Part shown: one piece after another, positions 9,190-18,758 of the stretch
How the letters are laid out: each line of letters begins with the position of its first letter
Position numbering within the stretch: position 1 is the stretch's first letter
Assembly (NCBI GenBank): GCA_026710545.1
Contig: JAPOQU010000095.1
Span: 4,932-68,931 of the forward strand
From: Gammaproteobacteria bacterium
GTDB lineage: Bacteria; Pseudomonadota; Gammaproteobacteria; Eutrophobiales; Eutrophobiaceae
Length of the DNA stretch: 64,000 bases
Direction of reading: 5' to 3'
The notes under the pieces: generated by a model
What the model was told of the DNA's origin: nothing
What the model saw: the letters and a program-made list of their open reading frames with translations, nothing else
Database searches by the model: none
Position numbers and translations under genes: made by a program

Positions 9190-10421
9190 ATTCCCATGTA
9201 ATCATGCCAGTGTTTATGGGTGTTCCTGATCATCAACTCCTCATCCATCAATACCATGTCTTCCAGTACGCCGGATGCCAGGGCCTGGTAAGTGTCCTCC
9301 ATGGTCGAGGTATCTTCCAGCCAGGCATTGCGGTGTAACGCGTTGATATGCGCGATTGCAATCCGTTCGCTCACGGTTTCAGGCGGCCTGAAAAAGTTCG
9401 TGCCTTCCCACAGGGTGCTGTCTACCGAGATGGGCCAGAACTGGTGGGTAAAATAGGCCATACCCGGATAACCGTTCCCCGCGCCCAGGTGCAGTAAAAA
9501 ATTGGGGAAGAATACGGGGAATTCAAACTGGAAGTCACCCCGTTTGTCCCGGTTGATGTTTTCCGGCAACAACTCGAGGTGAGGTCTGTGGCGTTCCGAA
9601 GTCCTCAGCCGGCCGCCAAGGTTTGCCGTTACCGGGGTCGGTTCCAGACCGGGTACCGGGGGCACATAAATACCGGACGTGCTGTGTGGTCCGAAACACT
9701 TGATCTCCGTATGTTCCAGTTTGGCCAGGCTGGGAAACGTGCCTTTGTGAATGGTGGGGACATGATATGCCTCCGAAAAGGCATACAGGGCTACTTTCCA
9801 GTTGCAGTTCAACACGGCCGAGTAACGGAACCGCAAGGTCGCTTCGTGGTACGGGTATCCGGCGAAGTGGCCCGCCATGCCGTCCAGGTAATCTACCAGG
9901 TTCTGCCGCGGCTGTTCGGCAAGGTTGATAAAGATGAAGCCTTCCCACTCTGCGCAGTGTATCCGCTTCAGTCCCAGGCAGGACTTGTCCAGGTCGGCAA
10001 AACTCTCCTGGCGCGCTACCCCGCGTAATGTGCCATCGGTATTGAAGGTCCAGGCATGAAAGCGGCAGGTGAATGAATGCGTCTCCGCACGGCCCAGTGA
10101 CTGCGCATCCTGTTCAGGAATAAGCTTGTTGCCGCGATGGGTACAGATATTATGAAAGGCATGAATTTCGCCGCTTTTGTCCCGGACGATAATCACGGAG
10201 GTATTCGCCACATCCAGGCGGCGCAGTTTATAGTCGCCGGGTTCGGCCAGTTCTTCAGCCCGGGCGACGTAGAGCCAGGCCTGCCCGAAGATGCGCTCCC
10301 GTTCCTGTTCGAACAACTCCGGGTCAATCATCGGCCTGACATCCACCGGGCCCGTACCCAGTTCAGGATAGCGGGTGGTGAACGGCATTGCCTGCCTTAC
10401 CTGATCGGCGGACGCCGCCAT
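9186..10421 (-). CDS. Rieske non-haem-iron oxygenase alpha subunit
   Basis: CTHRGNKL...CRFHAW Rieske motif. The start is moved to the internal ATG at 10421 (MAASADQV) because the ORF-track start overlaps the upstream formamidase gene. Confidence 0.8.
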   Translation of the reverse strand: MAASADQVRQAMPFTTRYPELGTGPVDVRPMIDPELFEQERERIFGQAWLYVARAEELAEPGDYKLRRLDVANTSVIIVRDKSGEIHAFHNICTHRGNKLIPEQDAQSLGRAETHSFTCRFHAWTFNTDGTLRGVARQESFADLDKSCLGLKRIHCAEWEGFIFINLAEQPRQNLVDYLDGMAGHFAGYPYHEATLRFRYSAVLNCNWKVALYAFSEAYHVPTIHKGTFPSLAKLEHTEIKCFGPHSTSGIYVPPVPGLEPTPVTANLGGRLRTSERHRPHLELLPENINRDKRGDFQFEFPVFFPNFLLHLGAGNGYPGMAYFTHQFWPISVDSTLWEGTNFFRPPETVSERIAIAHINALHRNAWLEDTSTMEDTYQALASGVLEDMVLMDEELMIRNTHKHWHDYMGI

Positions 10422-10426
10422 GCTGT

Positions 10427-11554
10427 TTATTCCGTAAAGATATCCAGGGGCAGGAAGGCTGAGACAACGAAATTTGGCACGTCCACCATTTCCGATATCC
10501 TCAGGTCCACCGCAACGCTGCATATCGCGTACGCCTGCTGCTCGCTGTAACCCCGTTCGCTGACCAGGTATTCGATCATGTTGAGCAAGGCATTGCGCGC
10601 CGCCAGGGTGGTCTCCTCCGATTCCGCCCGTCCGTCTTTGCTGAAGGACTGGCCGGTGGTCGCAAAAAAGCGTTGCGGAACCGCCATCTCCGGCGCAGTG
10701 AAGTAATCATCCCGGTAGAACTGCAAGTCCGTTATATTGCGTTTCGCCGCTTCCCCCTTCAGCAGCTTGAAAGAGCCGTAAAACGTCGCGCTCATCTCCA
10801 CCGCGGTGCCGCAACTTTCATTGTCCCCCTGGGCGAAATGGGAATCGCCCACCGAGAACAGGGCTCCCGGCGTATACACGGGGAAGCGTACCGTGGTGCC
10901 GGCTGTCAACTGTTTGATATCCACGTTACCGCCGGTTTCATGGGGGGCGATGGTGCGTACCGCCTTGGCGGCAATGCCCGGTTCCCGGGGAACAGCATCG
11001 GCCGTGTCGGGTAGCAGGACCATGCCACCGCGGGCCTGCAAGTCGGCTTCCCGCCTGTTGATCTCTTCCAGCAGTTCATGGGACGGCGCCGTGCCCATGA
11101 CACCCATGAAAGGCGCGCCCGGGATTTTCACGCCGGGCAAATCCGCTGAAGTGGCGAAACCATTGGCGATATCCCAGTGGATGATATAGGGTTCCGTGAA
11201 CAGGTCGCGCAGGAAGCCGAAACCCGGCACCTGCACGGTAAAGCCGAACGGTTCCGGCGCCACTTCAAGGACCTTGACTTCCAGGATGTCACCAGGTTCG
11301 GCGCCGTTAACATAAGCGGGACCGGTCAGGGGATGCACCAGGTTCAGGTTGGAGTCGGCTACCTGTGCAGCCGTGGTTGCATGATTGTATTGCCCGTCAA
11401 GGGCATCCCGCGTTTCCATGCCGATGACCTGGCCCGGGTCGACCTCGGCTACCGGTTTGATATCCGGGTGCCAGCGGTTGTGTCCCGTTTCGGGTTCCTC
11501 GCCCAGTTGCCGGGTTCGATCAATGCGGATGTATTCGTCAGCTTTAACAGCCAT
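10427..11554 (-). CDS. acetamidase/formamidase family protein
   Basis: 375-aa ORF. GHNRWHPDI, LTGP..V.GAEPGD and GGNVDIKQL blocks are typical of FmdA/AmdA. Confidence 0.8.
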   Translation of the reverse strand: MAVKADEYIRIDRTRQLGEEPETGHNRWHPDIKPVAEVDPGQVIGMETRDALDGQYNHATTAAQVADSNLNLVHPLTGPAYVNGAEPGDILEVKVLEVAPEPFGFTVQVPGFGFLRDLFTEPYIIHWDIANGFATSADLPGVKIPGAPFMGVMGTAPSHELLEEINRREADLQARGGMVLLPDTADAVPREPGIAAKAVRTIAPHETGGNVDIKQLTAGTTVRFPVYTPGALFSVGDSHFAQGDNESCGTAVEMSATFYGSFKLLKGEAAKRNITDLQFYRDDYFTAPEMAVPQRFFATTGQSFSKDGRAESEETTLAARNALLNMIEYLVSERGYSEQQAYAICSVAVDLRISEMVDVPNFVVSAFLPLDIFTE

Positions 11555-11576
11555 GGGAGAACCTCCTTCAAAAGTA

Positions 11577-12053
11577 TCAGGGTGCTATTTCACTGGGTAC
11601 ATCCTGGTATGGAACGACTTTTTTTACCTCCAGTACCAGGTGTTTTATCTTCCAGCCGTCAGCGGCCCGGATGAAATCACATTCGTAGGTGGCCGCCAGC
11701 CAGTTGCTTTCCTCGTCGCCTTCCTCGCCGCGCATGGTCGTCAGTTCCCACAACCACCAGAAGGCATGGGCCGTGTTGAGATCGTCTGCGATATCGATTA
11801 TGGGGGAAACCGGATAGTGCAACGACCAGACGATCATCTCCTGGCCGATCTTCGATAATTCCTCGGCAATGACGTCCCTGCCGGTAAACTTCCCGAACCC
11901 CTTCGCTTCCCAGATGGCGTCTTCCGCCAGCACCTGGCGCATCTGTTCGGGATTGTTTTGATCATCCCCCGCTTTTGCGTATCTCGCTATGACGCTCCTG
12001 ATGTGTTCGTTCGCCGTCAACCAGGCGACCTGTTTTTCAATATCCGTAGCCAT
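11577..12053 (-). CDS. SnoaL/NTF2-like fold protein
   Basis: Start set at the internal ATG at 12053 (MATDIEKQVAWL). The longer ORF-track version overlaps the upstream gene. Size and pattern fit SnoaL-like proteins. Confidence 0.6.
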   Translation of the reverse strand: MATDIEKQVAWLTANEHIRSVIARYAKAGDDQNNPEQMRQVLAEDAIWEAKGFGKFTGRDVIAEELSKIGQEMIVWSLHYPVSPIIDIADDLNTAHAFWWLWELTTMRGEEGDEESNWLAATYECDFIRAADGWKIKHLVLEVKKVVPYQDVPSEIAP

Positions 12054-12054
12054 G

Positions 12055-12396
12055 TCAATGCCTGTCATTGCCGTGCACGGCAATAAAGCGTTTTTCCTCG
12101 AAACTGTGGGGCACGTTCGGGTCGCCGTCATACAGTTCCACGTTGGGCGCGATTTCGGCGTGCATGAGCGCCAGGTCAAACAGTCTTGCGGACTGTTCCG
12201 GTAACCCCCCCAAAGGATACTTGTCCACGTGGTCAAGGATGCGCTCCAGGTAGGGTACGACGGCGTTGTAGAATGCTTTCAACTCCTCCCTGGTCGACTC
12301 CAGCCGTTTATCCCAGCGGCTGTTCTGGGTGGGCAAGGCCCATGCGCCTGCCCAGGTTTCCAGCTCTTCAAACCCTTGCGGCAACAGTTTCATCAA
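12055..12396 (-). CDS. small conserved hypothetical protein, partner of a Rieske oxygenase (paralog of 8851-9189)
   Basis: 113-aa ORF with an ATGA overlap with the upstream Rieske gene. It shares W(A)G.WA.PT, ...FY.A..P.L, ELYD....VP.SF...RF.A.HG blocks with 8851-9189. Confidence 0.6.
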   Translation of the reverse strand: MMKLLPQGFEELETWAGAWALPTQNSRWDKRLESTREELKAFYNAVVPYLERILDHVDKYPLGGLPEQSARLFDLALMHAEIAPNVELYDGDPNVPHSFEEKRFIAVHGNDRH

Positions 12397-13619
12397 GGGT
12401 TTCCCTGGTTCAGGTATTTCTCCAGAACGTGATAACCGTGCCGGACCAGGATTTCCTCATCATGCAGGTTCATGTGCTTCTTGCTGCCGGAATTCAGCGC
12501 GAAGAAAGTCCCCTCCATGGTTGCCGTATCTTCCAGCCAGGCGTTGCGCTGCACCACCATGGCGTGTTCCAGCGCCCATTTCTCACTGTTGGTAGTCGGT
12601 TCCATGACGTTATACTTGCCTTCCCACAGGCACTGGTCATAGCCGATGGGCCAGAACTGGTGGGTGAACCAGATACCTTCAGATACGTGCAACAGCCAGT
12701 TCGGAAAGAACACGCTCAGTTCGAATGCATAATCGTCGCGCTTCTCATCATTCAGGGTAGGCGGCAGTATCGTTTCCCTGACGTTGTTCACCAGTGAGCC
12801 CCTGGCTTTGGCCTGGGCCAGCGATGCCACAGGCGGTGCATCCTTGGGCGGGTTGAAGCAGACTGCGGTGGTGCGGTGATCACCCAACAGCTTGATCATC
12901 TGCAATCCGGTCGAAAAGGTGCCCGGGAACGAGCCCGCATGGATGGTGTTCACGTGATAGGCTTCGGCAAAGGCATCCAGTCCCACCTTCCAGTTGCAGT
13001 TCAGGTACGTGTAATAGGTAAAATTGTGGGTGATTTCACTGTAGGGAAAACCGGAAAAATGTACGCCCATCTCCCCCAGGTACTCGTGCAGTCCAACTGA
13101 TGGCTTCTCATCCAGGTTGATAAAGATGAACCCTTCCCAGGTATCGCAGTTGATCGGCGTCAGACCGTTTTCCGATTTGCGGAAACAGGGCGGCATGCCG
13201 GTTTCTTCCTGGGCGCCGATAAGCTCGCCCTTATCGTTGTAGGTCCAGGCATGGAAGCGGCAGGAGAAGGCCGCCTTCTGACCGAAGTTGTCCCATTCGC
13301 CTTCCGGCACCACGACCGTGTTCCCTCTGTGGGAGCAGGTGTTATGGAAAGCCCGTATTACTCCGTCTTTGCCCCGTATCAGCAACACCGTGGTACTGGC
13401 AAAATCCAGCCGCTTGAGCTTGTAGCAACCGGGTTCGGGTAATTCATTGTCCCGGCCCACGTGCAGCCAGACCTTTTTGAACACCTTCTCCACCTCCTGG
13501 CGATAGATGTTCTCCGAAATACAGGGTTTGGTCGGAACGGGGTCCTCACCCAGCCAGGGATAAGTCCTGGCCCAGCGGCGCTCCCCAACTACAGCTGCAC
13601 TCATCTCCTCCTCCTCCAC
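12393..13619 (-). CDS. Rieske non-haem-iron oxygenase alpha subunit
   Basis: CSHRGNTV...CRFHAW motif. It is a paralog of 9186-10421. Confidence 0.8.
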   Translation of the reverse strand: MEEEEMSAAVVGERRWARTYPWLGEDPVPTKPCISENIYRQEVEKVFKKVWLHVGRDNELPEPGCYKLKRLDFASTTVLLIRGKDGVIRAFHNTCSHRGNTVVVPEGEWDNFGQKAAFSCRFHAWTYNDKGELIGAQEETGMPPCFRKSENGLTPINCDTWEGFIFINLDEKPSVGLHEYLGEMGVHFSGFPYSEITHNFTYYTYLNCNWKVGLDAFAEAYHVNTIHAGSFPGTFSTGLQMIKLLGDHRTTAVCFNPPKDAPPVASLAQAKARGSLVNNVRETILPPTLNDEKRDDYAFELSVFFPNWLLHVSEGIWFTHQFWPIGYDQCLWEGKYNVMEPTTNSEKWALEHAMVVQRNAWLEDTATMEGTFFALNSGSKKHMNLHDEEILVRHGYHVLEKYLNQGNP

Positions 13620-13698
13620 GCAGGTTCTCGTCAGTATAGTATAATGGATTGCAAGTCGGCTTGGAACCGACTACTAAAAACCAAAAAAAGGAAAACTG

Positions 13699-14784
13699 AT
13701 GACTGCACCCCTGCGCTTCGGCACGTATGTTGAATTTCAATGCCCGCCCGGACGTGATCATGCTGAATTGATCGAAGATGTGCTGGCGCTCGGTATACAC
13801 GCGGACCAAAACGGTTTCCATGTGTTTACCACGCTGGAACACCCTTTTTACGAACAGTTTGCGATAAATCCAAACCCCCTGGCCGTATTCACCCACCTGG
13901 CCGGGCGCACCGAAAACCTGCGTTTTCGCGCCCTGTGTCATACCCTGCCGTTGCACAATCCCATGGTCCTGGCCGGCGAGATTGCCATGGTCGATATATT
14001 GACCCGGGGGCGCATCGAGTGCGGCGTGGGACGCGGCCATCCCTGGTTGTGCGGTCCGGCTGACATACCCATGGAAGAAAGTATGGGGCGCTATATGGAA
14101 AGCCTGGAAATCCTGCAAAAGGCCTGGACCGAAGAGCGCTTTTCCTACAATGGCAAGTATTTCAATGTCAAGGACGTCAGTGTTGTTCCTAAACCCGTGC
14201 AGAAACCACATCCCAAAATCTACCAGGTCGGCACCAGCGCCAAGTGGTTTACCATGGCCGCGCAAAAGGAATGGGGCATCGTCGTAGGCGGTCCTGCTCC
14301 CAGTGCGGCATTCAAAGATGCCGTCAACGTGTACCGGGACGCCTGTACAGCCGCCGGCACCACGCCCAGCGTCGGCTTCATCAAGGCGATCTACCTGCAC
14401 GAGGACGAAGCTACCGCCCACGCGGAAGCCAGGGAGGCCGCGGTAAACTTTGTCCGCTACAATGTCGCGCCACAGTTGACGATCATGCCGACAAATGATG
14501 CCGAGCGGGGACGCTTGATCAGCGCCGGTTACAAGTTCTACACCATGGACTACATGCCCAGTATCGGCAGAATGGAATACGAAGAATTGATCGAAAATGA
14601 CATTGTTTACGTAGGGACACCGGAGTCAGTCGGAGACAAGATGGAAGAATTGTACGAGGACTTCCGGTTTGACGAGGCAATAATCATCAGTCATTACGGC
14701 GGCCTGGAACGGGAACAGGCGCTGCGCACGCAGCAGCTTTTTGCTGATCATTTAATGCCGAGGATGAGGGATAAGGTACGTTAG
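13699..14784 (+). CDS. LLM-class (luciferase-like) flavin-dependent oxidoreductase
   Basis: 361-aa ORF. FGTYVEF, LEHPF and LSGGRIECGVGRGH-type blocks are present. Confidence 0.8.
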   Translation: MTAPLRFGTYVEFQCPPGRDHAELIEDVLALGIHADQNGFHVFTTLEHPFYEQFAINPNPLAVFTHLAGRTENLRFRALCHTLPLHNPMVLAGEIAMVDILTRGRIECGVGRGHPWLCGPADIPMEESMGRYMESLEILQKAWTEERFSYNGKYFNVKDVSVVPKPVQKPHPKIYQVGTSAKWFTMAAQKEWGIVVGGPAPSAAFKDAVNVYRDACTAAGTTPSVGFIKAIYLHEDEATAHAEAREAAVNFVRYNVAPQLTIMPTNDAERGRLISAGYKFYTMDYMPSIGRMEYEELIENDIVYVGTPESVGDKMEELYEDFRFDEAIIISHYGGLEREQALRTQQLFADHLMPRMRDKVR

Positions 14785-14850
14785 ACCTGTATGACGATAC
14801 TATAGTTTCCATGAACTTTATGTGTTGTAGAGAACAGGAAGGATAATGCT

Positions 14851-15390
14851 ATGAGTGAATCTCACAAGATCGATGATTTGTTGAAACGCCTTGAAAGACT
14901 GGAAGCCATGGAGGAGATAAGGCACCTTAAACAGCGGTCCGCGGTAGCTGCCGACCCGCAGATGGATATCGACATGTTCGTCGACCTGTACACTGAGGAT
15001 GGGGTCATGGAATTCACCAACTGGGATACGGTGTTAAAGGGGCGTGACGAGATTCGCGCATTCCTGGAAGTCAACCCGTTCACCTGGATGTTCCACTGCC
15101 TGATTCCCATCAGGATAGAGGTCGCCGACGACTGCCGCACGGCCACGGCGCGCTGGTACCTGTTTGAAGCCGCCACGGTACATAACTCCAGGACAAAGGA
15201 ATACGACCCGGTCTGGGTCGCCGGTTACTATGACGACGAGATGATCAGGATCAACGGTGAGTGGAAGTTAACCCATACCGCGCTGACCCAGCAGATCCTC
15301 TGCAACTACGAGGAAGGCTGGGGAAAGACGCGGGTGAGCATGGATGAGGACTGGCTGAAGCCGGTTGACGAGTTAAAGCAGAACCTGTAG
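14851..15390 (+). CDS. SnoaL/NTF2-like fold protein
   Basis: 179-aa ORF with an N-terminal helix followed by the NTF2-like pattern (ARWYLFEA...). Confidence 0.6.
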   Translation: MSESHKIDDLLKRLERLEAMEEIRHLKQRSAVAADPQMDIDMFVDLYTEDGVMEFTNWDTVLKGRDEIRAFLEVNPFTWMFHCLIPIRIEVADDCRTATARWYLFEAATVHNSRTKEYDPVWVAGYYDDEMIRINGEWKLTHTALTQQILCNYEEGWGKTRVSMDEDWLKPVDELKQNL

Positions 15391-15415
15391 GTATTACGCT
15401 GGTTGCCCCGGCGTA

Positions 15416-16174
15416 TCAGGGGCTCCCGCCCCCGTCCAGCACCAGGCCGACCCCGTTAACATAGGACGCGGCATCGGACGCCAGCCATAACACGGCATCG
15501 GCGATGTCTCCCTGGCTGCAAAGCCGGCCAACGGGGAGTGATTGGGCAAAACTGTTCTTGATCTCTTCATTGTCGCCGGTCATGCGATCCAGGATCGGCG
15601 CATCCACCGCACCGGGACATACGGCGTTGATCCTGATCCCGGCGCCCACGTATTCCATGGCCGACGCCCTGGTCAGACCCATTACCCCGTGGGCCGCGGC
15701 ACAGTACGCGGCGTAGGTGGGAAACCCGATCAGGCCCCAGTTGCCCGCCATGTTGACGATTGATCCGCCACCGGATTCGAGTATGGCCGGTATCTGGCAT
15801 TTCATCCCGCGCCACACGCCGTTCAACTTGGTATTGACCATATCCAGCCAGTCTGCCTCGCTCTCATCGGCGGTCTTGTTTCCCGTACCGGCCAGCCCGG
15901 CATTATTGAACGCTACGTTCAACCCTCCGAACGTGCCGACTGTCCTGTCCACTGCATTCTGCATCGCGCCCAGGTCGGTGACATCCGTCCGTACGTACAG
16001 GCCGTTGCCATCCATCGCCTCGATGGAACGCACCACTTCGTTGCCGCCGTCCGCGTTGCGGCCCCCGATCACCACGTTGGCGCCTTCTCCGGCGAACAGC
16101 AGGGCCGTAGTCCGGCCGATCCCGCTGGTAGCCCCCAGTATCAATACCGTTTTGTCCTGAAACCGTTTAACCAT
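15416..16174 (-). CDS. short-chain dehydrogenase/reductase (SDR)
   Basis: TGATSGIG cofactor motif, NNAG, and the YxxxK region (YAAYCAAAHG variant). Confidence 0.9.
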   Translation of the reverse strand: MVKRFQDKTVLILGATSGIGRTTALLFAGEGANVVIGGRNADGGNEVVRSIEAMDGNGLYVRTDVTDLGAMQNAVDRTVGTFGGLNVAFNNAGLAGTGNKTADESEADWLDMVNTKLNGVWRGMKCQIPAILESGGGSIVNMAGNWGLIGFPTYAAYCAAAHGVMGLTRASAMEYVGAGIRINAVCPGAVDAPILDRMTGDNEEIKNSFAQSLPVGRLCSQGDIADAVLWLASDAASYVNGVGLVLDGGGSP

Positions 16175-16245
16175 CGCAAAAAATCAATTAAGAATTAATT
16201 CTTAATTATACTGTACCTTGAATTCATTTCTTCCGGAAAACGATC

Positions 16246-17235
16246 ATGATAAAACACACTTTCCTGACAATCGCCTGTTGTTGCGTTCTGGTCAGTATCC
16301 ATGCCGCAGACGAGCCCGAAAAAAAATGGTGGCCCTCTGAGTGGGGAGCGGACGACCAGCTGGGCGCGTTGAACCGGTTGACGCCGGCCAAGGTACTGGC
16401 CGCCGCGGGTCTGATTACCGAGGGAAAGATTTATGACATGGGCCGTGTGTTTGAGGAAGACATGCCCCTGTTCGACCTGACTCCGCAACACCGCAAATAC
16501 TCCCTGACCGTCCCGGGCGCCACTTCCTGGGGACCCATGGGAGACAACAGACTGGCCTGGAATGAGGACTATATCGCCGGACATATCACCCAGGACGGGA
16601 CACAATTCGACTCGCTCAGCCACATGGCAACGGTGACGGGCAAACCGGGAGACCTGAACGAGGTGCGCTACTACAATGGTCACAGCCATGCAGAAATAGG
16701 CACCGGGCGCGGGTTCCGTAAACTGGGCGTGGAACATGTCGTACCGATCTTTACCCGCGGCATATTGATTGACATCGCCGGGTTAAAACAGCGCATGCTG
16801 GAATGCACGGAAGAAGTCACGCTTGGCGACCTGCATGCAGCGCTGAACAGACAGGGAATGGATGAAAACGCCATCCAGCCCGGTGACGCGTTATTCTATT
16901 ACACCGGCTGGGGAACCCTGTGGAAGACCGACAATAAAAAATTCAACAGTTGCGTACCGGGCCTGACGGACAAGGCCGGCGACTGGGTGGTGGACAAAAA
17001 AGTCATCCTGGTCGGCACGGATAATTGGGCGGTCGAGGCCATACCCGGACCGGACCCGACCCAATTTGCCCCGAACCACCAGAAATTCCTGGTGGAAAAC
17101 GGTATCTATATCATGGAAAACATAGACTTCAGCGCCTTGTTGCAGGACCAGGTGTATGAATTCGCCTTTGTCTTCGGCGCCATACCGTTCAAGGGCGCGA
17201 CCGGTTCTCCGGCCCGGCCGTTTGCGATTAAATAA
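16246..17235 (+). CDS. cyclase-family (kynurenine-formamidase-like) hydrolase with signal peptide
   Basis: 329-aa ORF with a hydrophobic N-terminus ending VSIHAAD and a DGTQFDSLSH motif. Confidence 0.7.
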   Translation: MIKHTFLTIACCCVLVSIHAADEPEKKWWPSEWGADDQLGALNRLTPAKVLAAAGLITEGKIYDMGRVFEEDMPLFDLTPQHRKYSLTVPGATSWGPMGDNRLAWNEDYIAGHITQDGTQFDSLSHMATVTGKPGDLNEVRYYNGHSHAEIGTGRGFRKLGVEHVVPIFTRGILIDIAGLKQRMLECTEEVTLGDLHAALNRQGMDENAIQPGDALFYYTGWGTLWKTDNKKFNSCVPGLTDKAGDWVVDKKVILVGTDNWAVEAIPGPDPTQFAPNHQKFLVENGIYIMENIDFSALLQDQVYEFAFVFGAIPFKGATGSPARPFAIK

Positions 17236-17265
17236 TTTTTCTGCTGCCGGGGTTCACCCTCATTC

Positions 17266-17850
17266 ATGCAGTTCAGCCTGGAAAATTCGCGGCCCCTGGC
17301 GCTGGTCCTGGACCTGCAGGAACTATTTACCAGCGCCGACGGTCCCCTGAAAAATGTTGCAGCGGCTTCATTAATCGAGAACGTAAACGGCCTGGTAAAA
17401 ACCCTGAGAGACAAGCGCCTGCCCATTGTTTATTCCAGCTATGTCCTGGCCGATGACCTTTCGGACGCAGGACTGCTGAAGGATAATCCTCTCGTCAAAC
17501 AGGGGTATTTCTGCGCGGGTTCCAGGTGGATGGAATGGGACAGTCGCCTGCACACCCGGGACTCGGATATTTTTATCAGCCGTAACCGTCCCAGCGCATT
17601 CCGGGGAGACGGTCTTCCTGACATACTGAAATCCCTGGATATCGATGTTTTGCTGCTATGTGGTTTAAGTGTGAATAATGCCGTCAGCAGTACCGCAAGA
17701 GATGCCTTTGCCCGGGACATTCCGACAGTGGTCATCAACGACTGCACCGGCGCGGCGCCCTGGGAACACCATTTGGACATCTACTTCGAGATCCTGGATG
17801 ACTGGAGCGCCCGGGTGATGACATCGGAAGAACTGTTACGGATGATTTAA
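17266..17850 (+). CDS. isochorismatase-family cysteine hydrolase
   Basis: 194-aa ORF with LLLCGLSVNNAVSSTARDA (the nucleophile-Cys region is variant). Confidence 0.65.
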   Translation: MQFSLENSRPLALVLDLQELFTSADGPLKNVAAASLIENVNGLVKTLRDKRLPIVYSSYVLADDLSDAGLLKDNPLVKQGYFCAGSRWMEWDSRLHTRDSDIFISRNRPSAFRGDGLPDILKSLDIDVLLLCGLSVNNAVSSTARDAFARDIPTVVINDCTGAAPWEHHLDIYFEILDDWSARVMTSEELLRMI

Positions 17851-17860
17851 CGCGCCACGG

Positions 17861-18733
17861 CTATCGGATTGTGACGGATACGCTGAATTCCTCGTCACCG
17901 TAGCCGGAGTACTGCGCGGTGTAACGCCGGCCCGGCTCTGCTTTCACCGGTCCGCCGATGGCGCCCAGGCTGATTATCTGCCCGGGCTTCAGTGATTCAT
18001 TTCTCAGGGCCAGTTCCTGCAGTAAAAACAGGACTGAATTTAACGGGTGTCCCAAAATCTGGTTTCCCTGCCCCTGGCGTAATATCGCTCCCGTATCCGT
18101 CTCCAGGTGAAATGTCATGGCGGGGAGATGTCCGACCAGGTCCTGCGCATTAACTATTGTGACGGGGGTGCCGGTGACGCCCCACCTGGATCCTACGTTG
18201 GCGGCCAGTAACAGCGCTGCCGCGTTGGCGCCGTCAAGCCTGAACAACGCGTCGGGTAATTCAATGAACGGCATGATTGCATCAATATGCCGGGCTACGT
18301 CTTCAATTGAAACGGCCTGGTTAATTCCAGCCGAGTTTACCCGCGCCAGCAGGTCCAGTTCCACCAGCAGCGACGTGGCGGAATCCAGCGCGATAACAGC
18401 CCCGTCCGGCAGTAACATTTCCTTGAACAGGACGCCGACCAGCGGTTGGGGTATGCCGAACATCTCCTGTGCTTTCCTGTCGGTGAGTCCCACTTTGTAA
18501 CCGGCATGCTGATATCTGCCGGCCATCAGGCCGACCAGGTCTGCCTGGACAGACCGGGCGTCATCCAGGTTGTCGATGAGTTGCTCGTAGCACCGGTCAA
18601 GCAGTCCCCGGTTATCGTAGACCTGCATATAATGTTCGGGAAAATCATCCGGCGTACACTCCTGGCTTGCCGCGGGCGGAGTGTACGGAGTCAGCAACAG
18701 TGTAAGCAGGCTATATTTGACCGCGTAATTCAT
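17861..18733 (-). CDS. 2-keto-4-pentenoate hydratase / FAH-superfamily-like protein with signal-like N-terminus
   Basis: 290-aa ORF. YKVGLTDRKAQEMFGIPQP..G.LF and E.ELLARV blocks resemble MhpD-type hydratases. Confidence 0.5.
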   Translation of the reverse strand: MNYAVKYSLLTLLLTPYTPPAASQECTPDDFPEHYMQVYDNRGLLDRCYEQLIDNLDDARSVQADLVGLMAGRYQHAGYKVGLTDRKAQEMFGIPQPLVGVLFKEMLLPDGAVIALDSATSLLVELDLLARVNSAGINQAVSIEDVARHIDAIMPFIELPDALFRLDGANAAALLLAANVGSRWGVTGTPVTIVNAQDLVGHLPAMTFHLETDTGAILRQGQGNQILGHPLNSVLFLLQELALRNESLKPGQIISLGAIGGPVKAEPGRRYTAQYSGYGDEEFSVSVTIR

Positions 18734-18758
18734 GGCGTCAATCGATACGTATAGATAA

